From positions 1,629 to 65,628 of IMG/VR virus record IMGVR_UViG_3300032307_000539: a stretch of DNA of 64,000 bases, one strand, 5' to 3'. The position numbers were made by a program, and so were the translations under genes. The notes below the pieces were generated by a model. The model ran no database searches, had not been told where the DNA came from, and saw only the letters and a program-made list of their open reading frames with translations. This stretch comes from a virus (Duplodnaviria; Caudoviricetes). Positions 19,910-29,767 of this stretch are shown piece after piece (the first letter of the stretch is position 1; each line of letters opens with the position of its first letter).

Positions 19910-21286
19910 CTATTTTAACAACATAAAGTTGTTAGCTCCAAGAGTAATCAATGCTCGCTCTGACAAGAAGTGAACAGCCATAGCGTCCAAATCTGTGTTA
20001 GAAGCACCACCAGCAGAACCTACTACCCAAGACTTATACTTGCGGTCTTCAGTTTCTGACTTGCGGTAACGTACGTGTAAGAACGGACGCTTAGCATTTT
20101 TACCAATTACTTGGTCGTAAACAGTAGTAGTACCAGCAGGAACCAAGATACCGTCAATATCGGTAACGTAACCACGAGTAGTAGCGTCGTTCAAATATTT
20201 CCAGTCAGACTTATAAAAGTCATATCCTAAGTTAAACCCTTTGAATCCTAAGTTTAACGCCATCTTCTCATCGTTATCAAACAAACCGTAAGAAGCCAAT
20301 GCTGTGTTAGCATTAGAGATAGACGCTAAAGTCTTGTCAATTTCAAACGATGTTTTACGATTTACGAATAAAACGTTTTCTTGAATAGCACCTTCTTTGT
20401 CAAGAATCTTAATGATGTTTTCAATGTCTTCACGCTCAGTGATTGCTCCAGTACCAACGTTACCACGAGTTTCAACTTCGTAGAATAAACCTTTAGTACC
20501 TTTGTAACCAGCAGTAGCAGCAGCAGAACCAGCAACAGCTACTTCTCCTTCAACCATTGACATTTCAAGGTAATCCTCAAAACGTAAACGAGTTTCGTGT
20601 TCTGATTTCAAATACCACAAGTATCCTGTAGCACCGTTTTCAGTAGTAACTTCAACCCATCCGATTTGAGCCATATCAGAACCATTAACTTGGTATTTGT
20701 CTTTGATAATGATAGGGTTGTTTTCTAAGAACTCAGATTCAGCTTCCAAAGAACCTTCCATTCCGTTAGTTCCTTTTTTAAATTCAGAACCGTAAACGAA
20801 GATTTTTAAAGCACTAGCAGTGTTTGAAATACCAATAGAATCCAAGTCTGTATCAGCGTAAGGAGCCACAGTAATAGTAACGCCATCAACAGCAATGTTT
20901 GTAACAATAGCTTTTGCTACAACACTGTTAGAGGTGTCACTGACTACGATAGTTTGATTTAAACGCACGGCATGAGGAGCATCAAACTCGATTTCATTAA
21001 CGTCAGTCAATGTTCCTGTTCCAAATACGTGTAAACGACCTTGCTCTGTCCATTTGATCAAGTCAGAAGTAGAAGGCATTTCAGCTCCAACCATACGAAG
21101 GAATGAAGCAATAGAGCGATTACCGAAACGCTCAAACTCTTTCTCATACAAATCAGGTAATTCGTGAGACAAGAAATCAAATGTTCCAATGTAGTTTGTA
21201 GATAATACAGACTTGCTTGGTGTAGGGGTCAATAAAGGAGCCCCTGTAATCGCGTTAGATGTAAAATTTGCGGTTTGTAAAGCCAT
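19910..21286 (-). CDS. major capsid protein
   Basis: 458 aa; strongly biased codon usage; ERFGNRSIASFLRMVGAEMP, GYLWYLKSEHETRLRFEDYLE; follows the scaffold gene and precedes a terminator. Confidence 0.85.
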   Translation of the reverse strand: MALQTANFTSNAITGAPLLTPTPSKSVLSTNYIGTFDFLSHELPDLYEKEFERFGNRSIASFLRMVGAEMPSTSDLIKWTEQGRLHVFGTGTLTDVNEIEFDAPHAVRLNQTIVVSDTSNSVVAKAIVTNIAVDGVTITVAPYADTDLDSIGISNTASALKIFVYGSEFKKGTNGMEGSLEAESEFLENNPIIIKDKYQVNGSDMAQIGWVEVTTENGATGYLWYLKSEHETRLRFEDYLEMSMVEGEVAVAGSAAATAGYKGTKGLFYEVETRGNVGTGAITEREDIENIIKILDKEGAIQENVLFVNRKTSFEIDKTLASISNANTALASYGLFDNDEKMALNLGFKGFNLGYDFYKSDWKYLNDATTRGYVTDIDGILVPAGTTTVYDQVIGKNAKRPFLHVRYRKSETEDRKYKSWVVGSAGGASNTDLDAMAVHFLSERALITLGANNFMLLK

Positions 21287-21309
21287 TTTGTTTGTGTTGT
21301 GTTGTTAGT

Positions 21310-22356
21310 TTATCGTTTAATTATTTTCAAGCCACTTCCAAAAGAATCATCTTGCACAGCTCTAATTCTAGGCTTGTCGTTTGTTTGGACGTCTTTGACA
21401 TCTCTAACATTCATATCGACATTTTTAATATCCTTAATGACGCCTTTTGTTGCGTCAGACTTGCCTTGCTCGTAAAAAAACTTAGCAAAAGCATCAGGAT
21501 TCATCGCCATCGTTAAAGCCTTGTGATAAGAGTGTGCATCTTTAAGAACACCGTTTTCATCTAAATGTTTCTTAATGAAATTAGTAACGTCTAGGTTGTT
21601 GCTTTTTACTTCCTCGACATTTTCCGGTTTATAACCAACTTTCTTCTCCCCTAAGTCAAATTCAAAACCTTTGAATGAATTAAAGAAGTCCTCGGTCTTT
21701 TTCATAAACACGGACGAGCGTTCTCTCTGTTGTTTCTCCTCCTGTTCTAAAGTGGCATTATGTTGTTTGTAAAACTCATACGCTTTTTTCTGTTCTTCAG
21801 ACAAACCAGCACTAGACCCTAGCGATAGTTTTAATTCGTCTTTTTTAGAATTTAAAAAGTTTCGAGCTTCAAACAACTCCTCTTTTAAGGCAACTTTTTT
21901 GTTTTTAATGTCCGACTCAGAATCAACATCTTCATCGAACCCATACTTAGAATCGATAAGGTATTCAATATCCTCCTCATCTAAGTGCGGTTTTTGCATT
22001 TTATAATAATTTCTAAGAACTTCTTCATCTGAGGCTGAGTTCCAATCTTTACTGACCTTTATGTAATTCTCTACACCATAGTCAATTAAAGTTTTAACAT
22101 CCTCCGGCAATTCTGGAGTTTTAAAAATATCCTCTACACTATTTAGTTGTTTCTCGTACTTAGTATTCAGATATTGTAAAATTTCGTCATCGCTTAAAGA
22201 GGATTCTTTTATTTCTTCTTGAACCTCATCTTTTGTTTCATTCTCATTTACTTCTTCGTTAAGGTTTTGTTCAAACTCCTCTTGAATAGATTGTTCTTGC
22301 TCCTGAATAGATGATTGCTCCTCCGCATCAACGACTCTAAATTTTAATCCCTCCAT
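21310..22356 (-). CDS. capsid scaffolding protein
   Basis: Very acidic N-terminus; FAKFFYEQGKSDA; between portal and capsid. Confidence 0.7.
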   Translation of the reverse strand: MEGLKFRVVDAEEQSSIQEQEQSIQEEFEQNLNEEVNENETKDEVQEEIKESSLSDDEILQYLNTKYEKQLNSVEDIFKTPELPEDVKTLIDYGVENYIKVSKDWNSASDEEVLRNYYKMQKPHLDEEDIEYLIDSKYGFDEDVDSESDIKNKKVALKEELFEARNFLNSKKDELKLSLGSSAGLSEEQKKAYEFYKQHNATLEQEEKQQRERSSVFMKKTEDFFNSFKGFEFDLGEKKVGYKPENVEEVKSNNLDVTNFIKKHLDENGVLKDAHSYHKALTMAMNPDAFAKFFYEQGKSDATKGVIKDIKNVDMNVRDVKDVQTNDKPRIRAVQDDSFGSGLKIIKR

Positions 22357-22396
22357 GTTTATTTAATTAAATTTGTGCAAAATTAATATATTTTTT

Positions 22397-24814
22397 TTAA
22401 TCTATTTTAAACAAGTCTTCAAAGCCCCCTAAAGAGTCTTCTTCGTTAAAGTCAATAGGGTCTAAATCTTGAGTTCTTTGTTTAATCATTTTCGATTGCT
22501 GTGTGGCTTGCAGTTTAGTTCTTTCGTCTTTTCTATCCTCCTTCATTTTTTCAGTCTCTGTTTTTGACTCTATAGAACGTGTAGCCACGCCAAGGTTTAT
22601 TTGGCCCTGCATATTTATTAGCTGCGACTTGTACTCAAATTCTTTAGCCATTTTCTCTAAAGACATTTGGTGTTCCATTTGAGCCATTTGAGCGTCCATT
22701 TGACCTTGTAGTTGAATTACCTGTGCCTTGGACTCAGATTGGGCTTGAGCTAAAGAGGCTTGTGCAGACGCTTGAGCCTGATAGTTTTCCTTGTTTCTTT
22801 CCGAATCTCTCTGCTCTTTTTCTCTTTTTTTGAACTTTAAAAGTTCAGATGCGATTTTTATGTTTTTTACGGAACGAATATCAATGGCATCGTCAATATC
22901 TATTTTTCCGGCGGATATTGCACTTTGTATGTTTTGCTCAAGCATTTGTCGCTCTTCTTCGTCAGGGGACATTTCAATGTAAATACCAAAATCATAAAAT
23001 GGCAAATCTAATATGTTATCTAGAATATCTATTGAGTTCTGACCAATCATATTTGCAAAAGTGTCTTTCATATCAGAAAATTCAAGAACATCTGACATTC
23101 TATAACATAAACACTCGCTTAATCTCTCGGTAATAAATATGCCGCTTTCTAAAACGTGTTTTGTAGCTGTGTTACTGTTTAGTGCCGCTAATTTTTGAAG
23201 ACCCACCAAAGAGTATTGGTCTGGTTTTGAGCCATCTCTTGCTTCGTTTAATCCGGTTACATCTCTTAACATATTTAAGTGATGATTGTACATATTAAGC
23301 AAGGAAGTTATTTTTGCATTTGCACCTGATGAGGTAAGCTCTTGAACTGGGACTCTGGCGTTGTTAAACTCTCCATCTTCTGTATAACTTCTACCAATAA
23401 CACTACCGGTTTGAAAGTATAGATTTAATGCGTCTTCGGGAGTGTATGAATTTCCATTTCCTAAATTAATTGCGTTTAACCCATCTACGTCAAGAAATAC
23501 ACCGTCAGGTTTCATACCGGCAATAACCTGCTGTATCTTCAAGTGAGTTAACTGTATTTGGTCGGCAATAGGAATCATCCTCTTAACCAAAGAATCGATT
23601 CGGCCTCTGTACATTCTTGGCGCACACATAACGTATGGAGGGTACACTTTTGATAGCGCAGATTTTGGTCTGACCATATTTCGCATTACCTCCCACTTTA
23701 GCAAGTGATTTGTACCTAAAACTAAAACTCCTTCAAACCAAACATCGATTCTTTTAGAAAGTTTTTCAAAGTTGGCGTCAGAACCTTTCGGACCTTCAAA
23801 TTTATCGTCTCTTTTAATTACTTTTTCACCGCCGTTTCTGGTTTTTTTATTCTTGTATACTACGTTTAAATCTGTTTTAAATGTAAAAAACAAAAGTGTA
23901 GCAGTATTGTTCTTGATATTACCGTTAATGTTTCCACCCCTTATGTTTTGATACGCATCCCATCTTGCGGCCATTTTAGAAATTTCTTTAATTTCTTCTT
24001 GACTCAAATCAGGATTTATTTTTTTTAGCTCTGTAACGTTGACATTTTTGACTTCTCCAAAATAATAACAATCTTCAAACTGAGGACTTTCTGTAGGAGA
24101 CCAAATCATATTTGCTGGGTCGCAATACTCAATATTAATTCCTTTGTGTTTGTCAAAATAATGTTTACAAGCAGAAACCCCAATAACAGTTGCGTCTTCG
24201 TCAAGCCTTTTCTTGATTAAATCATAACGATTTAGTTTCAATACGTTTTCAATAGCCTTTTCTTGAGCAACTTCAATTTCATCTTTGTAAAACTGCATTT
24301 TTAAATCCAACTCCTCCTTACTCTTCGGTATTTCGTTTTCCGGAACAGGGGATATGTCGTACCCAGCAGTCTTGGCAATATCAATAATTGGCCTTGAAAC
24401 CATTGCTTTCTCAAGGTCTTTTTTGTACTTTTTCTTTTTACTCGAAGAAGTAGCGTCAATTGCATTTGCCTTAATCTCAAACAAACGATTTGACATCCCA
24501 TTAACGACAATATCGACAAACTTTGGGACAATAGGAACTGGAGTCCAATCTAAATTCAAGTAAGAAATATCCCCGCTTAAAGACATTTCTTTTTTGTATT
24601 TCTGAACAGACTGCTCTCCTTTTGCATACATTCTTAATTTATGAAAAAAATCTCTGTTTGTATAAAAACGTGAGCCGTCAACAGATGTTTTTCTAAACCA
24701 CTCGTTTTGTATTGCGTGACCAACTTGAAGACCCCAATCCTTGCTTTTTTTGATTTCGTCTGTTTCTAGTTGGTCTGGAAAAAATACCGCTGGTATTGAA
24801 AAATTATCATTCAT
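22397..24814 (-). CDS. portal protein
   Basis: 805 aa; SYLNLDWTPVPIVPKFVDIVVNG, RDVTGLNEARDG; Gln-rich C-terminal coil; follows terminase. Confidence 0.85.
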   Translation of the reverse strand: MNDNFSIPAVFFPDQLETDEIKKSKDWGLQVGHAIQNEWFRKTSVDGSRFYTNRDFFHKLRMYAKGEQSVQKYKKEMSLSGDISYLNLDWTPVPIVPKFVDIVVNGMSNRLFEIKANAIDATSSSKKKKYKKDLEKAMVSRPIIDIAKTAGYDISPVPENEIPKSKEELDLKMQFYKDEIEVAQEKAIENVLKLNRYDLIKKRLDEDATVIGVSACKHYFDKHKGINIEYCDPANMIWSPTESPQFEDCYYFGEVKNVNVTELKKINPDLSQEEIKEISKMAARWDAYQNIRGGNINGNIKNNTATLLFFTFKTDLNVVYKNKKTRNGGEKVIKRDDKFEGPKGSDANFEKLSKRIDVWFEGVLVLGTNHLLKWEVMRNMVRPKSALSKVYPPYVMCAPRMYRGRIDSLVKRMIPIADQIQLTHLKIQQVIAGMKPDGVFLDVDGLNAINLGNGNSYTPEDALNLYFQTGSVIGRSYTEDGEFNNARVPVQELTSSGANAKITSLLNMYNHHLNMLRDVTGLNEARDGSKPDQYSLVGLQKLAALNSNTATKHVLESGIFITERLSECLCYRMSDVLEFSDMKDTFANMIGQNSIDILDNILDLPFYDFGIYIEMSPDEEERQMLEQNIQSAISAGKIDIDDAIDIRSVKNIKIASELLKFKKREKEQRDSERNKENYQAQASAQASLAQAQSESKAQVIQLQGQMDAQMAQMEHQMSLEKMAKEFEYKSQLINMQGQINLGVATRSIESKTETEKMKEDRKDERTKLQATQQSKMIKQRTQDLDPIDFNEEDSLGGFEDLFKID

Positions 24815-27092
24815 GCTTTCTTATTAAAACGCTTTGCATTCCGTTGTTAGAATATCTTGCAAAGTTAAAAATTATTTCTTTAGGTTTTTCTTGAGTCTTT
24901 TTAGCGTAGCTTTTATTTGCCATAATAGCTAGACCACTACTAATCGTGGCGTCGTACTTTGTTCTGTCTGATATGTTAAAGTTGGCCCAATCCATTAATG
25001 TTTTATTAAAGTACATATTTCCGCAAGAACCTACCTCTCTAAACTCTCCAGTGTGGTCTATTCCAACAAACTCGTCAATGTAACTTTCAACGGCCTGTGC
25101 CTGCAAATCTCTTGTTTGCTCAGAAGAAGGAATACCACCTAGTTCTTTCTCAGATGTAGATAGTTCGTTCTTGTGCTTGTCAGGCCTGTTAAGTGAGTAA
25201 CCTCTGTAACCACGATTTTTAAAGTACTTTAATTGACCAACTTTATTATTCTCAATAAGTATTGGCATTGAGTAAAAAACGCAAGCCATTAAGCAGTCTT
25301 CATAAAACTCTTCTGCCGTTCTTGGTCTAGCAATATATTCTAAGAAAAAATGATTACTCGGAGCCCCTTCTAAATTAAATTTTGTTAGGCCGTGTAAAGA
25401 ACCTTTTGAGCCGCCTCCACCAACTACTCCTGAAATATCATAAGTATCACAACCAAAAGCCCCTATATGAGCGTTTTTAGGATGCTTTGTTCCGTTTTGT
25501 TTAATGTCTATTTGGTTTCTCATCTCTTTCTCTGGAAACCAAGTAACTTTAAAGTTGCCCTCATTTGTAGGAATCCATATAACTTCAGAGTCTTGAATCC
25601 CATTCTTCCAAGCAAACTTTCCAGTATGAACAATACTTCTTGTAATTAAGTCATCATTAAACTCTATTTGCTCGTATATTTTATTTAAGTCAAACAAAGA
25701 GTTTTTAGCCTCGTCTCTAAAAGCGTGAGATTCTGTTCTTGGGTTTTGTCTGTAAAACTCGTTAAGAGCATCTGAGTCACCTCTCAGCGAATCCACTGTG
25801 TTATTCCAAAACTCTATAACGCCCTGATATATGTATTCGCCATCTATACCCAATACAGGTGTTTCTGGTGTTTCAAGAACCGGCATACCGTATCGGTCTA
25901 TATACCCTTCAAAATTCCATTCTGTAGGTATAAACAAAGAATACAAACCGGACTTTGTTTGTCCATTGGCGTTTCTCTGAAGCACATTACTATTCATGTA
26001 TATTTTCTTAAAACCGGACCCCCCCTCTTTTTGAGAGTTACAAGTGCTTCCCATCATGCACTTGCCTATAACTTTACTACCAACGCGTAAACAAGTCTGA
26101 ACTACTCGCCAGTTATTTTCAATGCTATTTGGCGGCAACCATTTACCGCTTTCATCTTCTACCAAGAGTTTTAACTTTTCACCGTCATAAGAGTTATCTC
26201 CTGTGTTTTTCCAGTCTATAGATGTGTCTAATCCGTCGATAGAATCTTCTTCACTATCGAACATATTGTTTTTAGATATTTTCTTTGCAGGAACCCTATA
26301 CGCCAATTCAGATTTTGGTTTATCCATACCATCTTGGATAGGTTTAAAAAAGAATGGATAGTTTGTTGATACAGGAACAACCTTGTCTGTAAACATTTTT
26401 TTTGCGTCAGGCCCTGTTTTTGAAAGAATACCTATTCGGCTGTTTTTACTTATAGTGGCTATATTTACTGCTTCACCAGATGCCATAAAAGAAAATCCGG
26501 AACGTCTGTTTTTTAGATAGCACATTCCGTAACATCTGTAATCAGCTTTACAAGCCTCCCAGAAAATCCAAAAAATTCTATTTGACTCACGAAAGTCCGG
26601 TAAACCTACGTCTATTTTCGTCCACTGAAGGTACATATAGTTTGTTCCAGTAATATAGGTTGGCTTTCCATTATTCATAAACCAAAAACCATACTCTCTT
26701 CTATCAAACTCTTCTTCTATGTAAGGAACCCACTTATCTCTAAATTCAGAAGGCATTTTATTCCACATAAAAATGTTCTGTATCTTAGATAGTTCCTTTG
26801 GGTATTCAAAAGGCTTCCAGTATTGTTCTTCTTTTTTAGACGAATTTTTATGTATTGATTTATGGCTATGTGGAAGTGCTATTTTTAAGTTTTGAATCTC
26901 ATAGACATCTCCTATGGTTCCGTCTTTTGATATTACTACTAAATCAAACTCTTTGTTATAACCATAAACCCAAGATTTAGATTTGTTTCTTTTTAAAATT
27001 TCTTTTTCCGGAACAACATCTACTAATCGATATATATTATTTTCCTCTTCTTTCTGCAAAGGTTTGCATTGATTTTGATTCGTTTTTTTCAT
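24807..27092 (-). CDS. terL: terminase large subunit
   Basis: Walker A-like KNRRSGFS, Walker B LLVEDESGKW, nuclease GCDTYD; exact start uncertain. Confidence 0.9.
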   Translation of the reverse strand: MKKTNQNQCKPLQKEEENNIYRLVDVVPEKEILKRNKSKSWVYGYNKEFDLVVISKDGTIGDVYEIQNLKIALPHSHKSIHKNSSKKEEQYWKPFEYPKELSKIQNIFMWNKMPSEFRDKWVPYIEEEFDRREYGFWFMNNGKPTYITGTNYMYLQWTKIDVGLPDFRESNRIFWIFWEACKADYRCYGMCYLKNRRSGFSFMASGEAVNIATISKNSRIGILSKTGPDAKKMFTDKVVPVSTNYPFFFKPIQDGMDKPKSELAYRVPAKKISKNNMFDSEEDSIDGLDTSIDWKNTGDNSYDGEKLKLLVEDESGKWLPPNSIENNWRVVQTCLRVGSKVIGKCMMGSTCNSQKEGGSGFKKIYMNSNVLQRNANGQTKSGLYSLFIPTEWNFEGYIDRYGMPVLETPETPVLGIDGEYIYQGVIEFWNNTVDSLRGDSDALNEFYRQNPRTESHAFRDEAKNSLFDLNKIYEQIEFNDDLITRSIVHTGKFAWKNGIQDSEVIWIPTNEGNFKVTWFPEKEMRNQIDIKQNGTKHPKNAHIGAFGCDTYDISGVVGGGGSKGSLHGLTKFNLEGAPSNHFFLEYIARPRTAEEFYEDCLMACVFYSMPILIENNKVGQLKYFKNRGYRGYSLNRPDKHKNELSTSEKELGGIPSSEQTRDLQAQAVESYIDEFVGIDHTGEFREVGSCGNMYFNKTLMDWANFNISDRTKYDATISSGLAIMANKSYAKKTQEKPKEIIFNFARYSNNGMQSVLIRKHE

Positions 27093-27318
27093 CGGTTTTT
27101 TTGCTTATCATTTCCTCTTCATTGTCTATTCTTTGCAACAAATACAAAGCATCCTCAAAAGCAGTCCTTTTAGCTGAAACTGCGTTTTTTAGTTTGTCAG
27201 CAGATAAATCTCCGCCTTCTTCACCAACAATGCTTTCTTCTAAAACCTTGATAAGCTCGTTAATTGACTTATAAGCAGCGTCAATAATCCTCTGCCTAAT
27301 CTCTTTTTTGTCTTGCAT
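27037..27318 (-). CDS. putative terminase small subunit
   Basis: Small helical ORF directly upstream of terL (DLSADKLKNA). Confidence 0.45.
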   Translation of the reverse strand: MQDKKEIRQRIIDAAYKSINELIKVLEESIVGEEGGDLSADKLKNAVSAKRTAFEDALYLLQRIDNEEEMISKKTDEKNESKSMQTFAERRGK

Positions 27319-27319
27319 T

Positions 27320-27880
27320 TTAATTAAATTTTAATACTATATCTGAAAGTCTCATTCTATAAAGCCTTTCATCGTTTAAAAAAAACTCGTACTCGCTATT
27401 TTTTTTAAAACCAATTAAATCCCCTTTTGTAACATCTTTAAAGTCCTCGTTAAAAATTACAATATGACCAATATGCTGCTTTTCTTTTTTGCAATCATCT
27501 ATAAGGACGTATTCATTTTTCACTGGTTTTACAAAACAGTAGTCGTTATTAGCCTTCCACTCTTCATTGTTTTTTTTGTAAGCATATATCTTGTAGTCGT
27601 CAACAAGATACTCGTCGTCTTTAAAAAACTCTGATGACTTCTTTGGCCGGCCTTTCATATCGTAGTAGGTTCTAAATACGTTGTGATGTACGATTACTAA
27701 GTCACCAACACATATCATTCCCTTATATTCTTTAGGAATAGCCTTAACAACTCCAACTCTATTTACGCTTTTGTGGTCTTCAAAAGAAGTGTTTTTGATT
27801 ACGTCTACTCCATTTATTTTTTTTGAGTTGTTATACTCTCCATTCAACGGAGTGATTATAAAATACCTAACAGACTGCAT
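27320..27880 (-). CDS. GroES-like protein (two GroES-type repeats)
   Basis: GVVKAIP...VGDLVIVHHN and FVKPV...GHIV...KGDLIGF...EYEF...LYRM. Confidence 0.55.
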   Translation of the reverse strand: MQSVRYFIITPLNGEYNNSKKINGVDVIKNTSFEDHKSVNRVGVVKAIPKEYKGMICVGDLVIVHHNVFRTYYDMKGRPKKSSEFFKDDEYLVDDYKIYAYKKNNEEWKANNDYCFVKPVKNEYVLIDDCKKEKQHIGHIVIFNEDFKDVTKGDLIGFKKNSEYEFFLNDERLYRMRLSDIVLKFN

Positions 27881-28101
27881 TAAAACTCAAGGTTATATTC
27901 AACGACAACGCTATAAGGTTTGTTTATTTTTTTCCAAAGAAGCAGCTCTTTATCCTCGTTTTCAACCCAAACAAAAAAGGATTCTTCAGATTCAAGTATT
28001 GCGTTTATCTTATATTTTGATGAAACTCTTTGCTCTACAAAGTAGTGCATTCCATCCTTGTAGTCTTTCCCTAAAGTTATTTTTCTTATTAAACCATTCA
28101 T
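27880..28101 (-). CDS. conserved hypothetical protein
   Basis: First gene of the operon, after TAAATTTG (28117-28124, minus); IRKITLGKDYK..MHY. Confidence 0.6.
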   Translation of the reverse strand: MNGLIRKITLGKDYKDGMHYFVEQRVSSKYKINAILESEESFFVWVENEDKELLLWKKINKPYSVVVEYNLEF

Positions 28102-28124
28102 TAGATTAAATTTTTACAAATTTA

Positions 28125-28448
28125 TTAAAAAAAACAAAGAAAAATCAACCCTCCATAGCCTCCAGAAAAAACATCGTTTATGTCAAACTTATTTCCTCGT
28201 TTTGCGTGATAGTGTTCCCATGCGAAGTTAGGAATATATCCAGCAATCCAGCCTATAACAGCCTTGGCCAAAAATGGCAAATCAGATGTTTGAGGTAATA
28301 TGTAAACCAAGAAAGCGAAGAATGCACCTGCTAATAAATGCAGGTAGTGTCTTTCTTTAATAAATCCCTTAATTATTTTAGGGAGATTAGTTACAATAGG
28401 ATGTAGATGTTGTAACAACGCGTAAAATGTTGAGTCTTTAAATGCCAT
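28125..28448 (-). CDS. membrane protein
   Basis: Two to three hydrophobic segments. Confidence 0.5.
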   Translation of the reverse strand: MAFKDSTFYALLQHLHPIVTNLPKIIKGFIKERHYLHLLAGAFFAFLVYILPQTSDLPFLAKAVIGWIAGYIPNFAWEHYHAKRGNKFDINDVFSGGYGGLIFLCFF

Positions 28449-28785
28449 ATCGTTTAGTTAAGGTGTTTCTTAAAATTAAATACTCTTTAAATTGCTGTGG
28501 ACTCAGTTTTTCAGGTGCTTTTATTCCAAATTGTACCCTTTGAGTTTCGTCCATGTAATCGAAATCATCACCTGTTAATGGCTTGATTCTGAAATAAATA
28601 AACCCAAAAAATAAAGCGGTTATGGTTGTTGCGTATGCAAGCCACTGAAAAATAGTATCTTGTGATAAATACGACAACACAAACAATGGATATATTATCC
28701 TTGCTGAACGCGTGTAATTATATGTCTTGCCAAAAATGACTACCCAATAATCAAGAGCGAAGTTTTTTACTATTAAATTTCTCAT
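28438..28785 (-). CDS. membrane protein
   Basis: Two hydrophobic segments. Confidence 0.5.
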   Translation of the reverse strand: MRNLIVKNFALDYWVVIFGKTYNYTRSARIIYPLFVLSYLSQDTIFQWLAYATTITALFFGFIYFRIKPLTGDDFDYMDETQRVQFGIKAPEKLSPQQFKEYLILRNTLTKRYGI

Positions 28786-28789
28786 GATG

Positions 28790-28987
28790 TTATTCTTCTT
28801 CTATATAAGGAATAGGTTTAAATTCTATGATTTGAAATTTATCATTTCCTTCAATGTTTTCAGCTTGCTCTAAAGAAGAAATCCAATTTTCATTTATATC
28901 TTGTGTAAAATTAAAAACAAACCCTTCTTTATACTCTAGATTCTGTAGCTGGTTAACTATCTCTAATGGTACTATCTTGACTAACAT
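28790..28987 (-). CDS. hypothetical protein (possible fibre chaperone)
   Basis: Tightly packed ORF after the fibre genes. Confidence 0.45.
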   Translation of the reverse strand: MLVKIVPLEIVNQLQNLEYKEGFVFNFTQDINENWISSLEQAENIEGNDKFQIIEFKPIPYIEEE

Positions 28988-28989
28988 GT

Positions 28990-29766
28990 TTAAGATATTA
29001 AATTATTTATTATGTCTACTAATGCCCCGTGTTCAGAGTTTGTTAAACTTCCTCCTGCCCAAAAAATTCCTCCTAAAGTTGCGTTTGAGTATATACTTTC
29101 AGTCCTTAATAAAACCACATTAGCTCCACTAAAACTGGAAAAACCTGTTTGAGTTCTATTAGCGACGGTTTTATTTCTAAAAAGTCTTAATGCAGTACTA
29201 CTATCTCTATAACCAGCTTTTACCTCTGCGGCTGATGTGTAGTTAAAGGTTGAAGTTAAGTTTGAAAGCGAATTAATCCTTATAGCGCTAGTTGAAATTG
29301 TTAATCGCATTCTGTTATTTGAAAAAGAATTAATTTCGGACATTATTGCTTCAAGACCTAAAGTACCACCATTAACAACCCTTAATGCGTATCCAGCACT
29401 ATTCAATTGATAAATACCCCCACCTTGGTTTGGTGCAAATCCTGTATTAAAATAAGCATCAACTCCATTACCGACAATGCCGCTATTAGTCACAAAAGAA
29501 AGTCCGCCAAATACTGTTCCCTGAAATAGAGATGGATTTCTTACATCTATTCTTGCGCAATCTAAACTACTATTCCAAAGAAACTTCATAGACCTTGTTT
29601 TTGACCATATACCAGCATTAACCATATCTATAACAGCTTGGTTATGTCTTTCTTTTGTAAAATTATCAGGATGGGGGATAGACAATGCTGTTAGTCTATC
29701 AAGATAAGACTGATATTCTGGAGAATATCCTCCTAAAGTAAGCATCATCATTCTTCTCAAACTCAT
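28990..29766 (-). CDS. putative tail fibre-associated/receptor-binding protein
   Basis: MSLRRMMM start; beta-rich Gly/Ser/Asn composition (GNGVDAYFNTG). Confidence 0.5.
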   Translation of the reverse strand: MSLRRMMMLTLGGYSPEYQSYLDRLTALSIPHPDNFTKERHNQAVIDMVNAGIWSKTRSMKFLWNSSLDCARIDVRNPSLFQGTVFGGLSFVTNSGIVGNGVDAYFNTGFAPNQGGGIYQLNSAGYALRVVNGGTLGLEAIMSEINSFSNNRMRLTISTSAIRINSLSNLTSTFNYTSAAEVKAGYRDSSTALRLFRNKTVANRTQTGFSSFSGANVVLLRTESIYSNATLGGIFWAGGSLTNSEHGALVDIINNLIS

Positions 29767-29767
29767 A

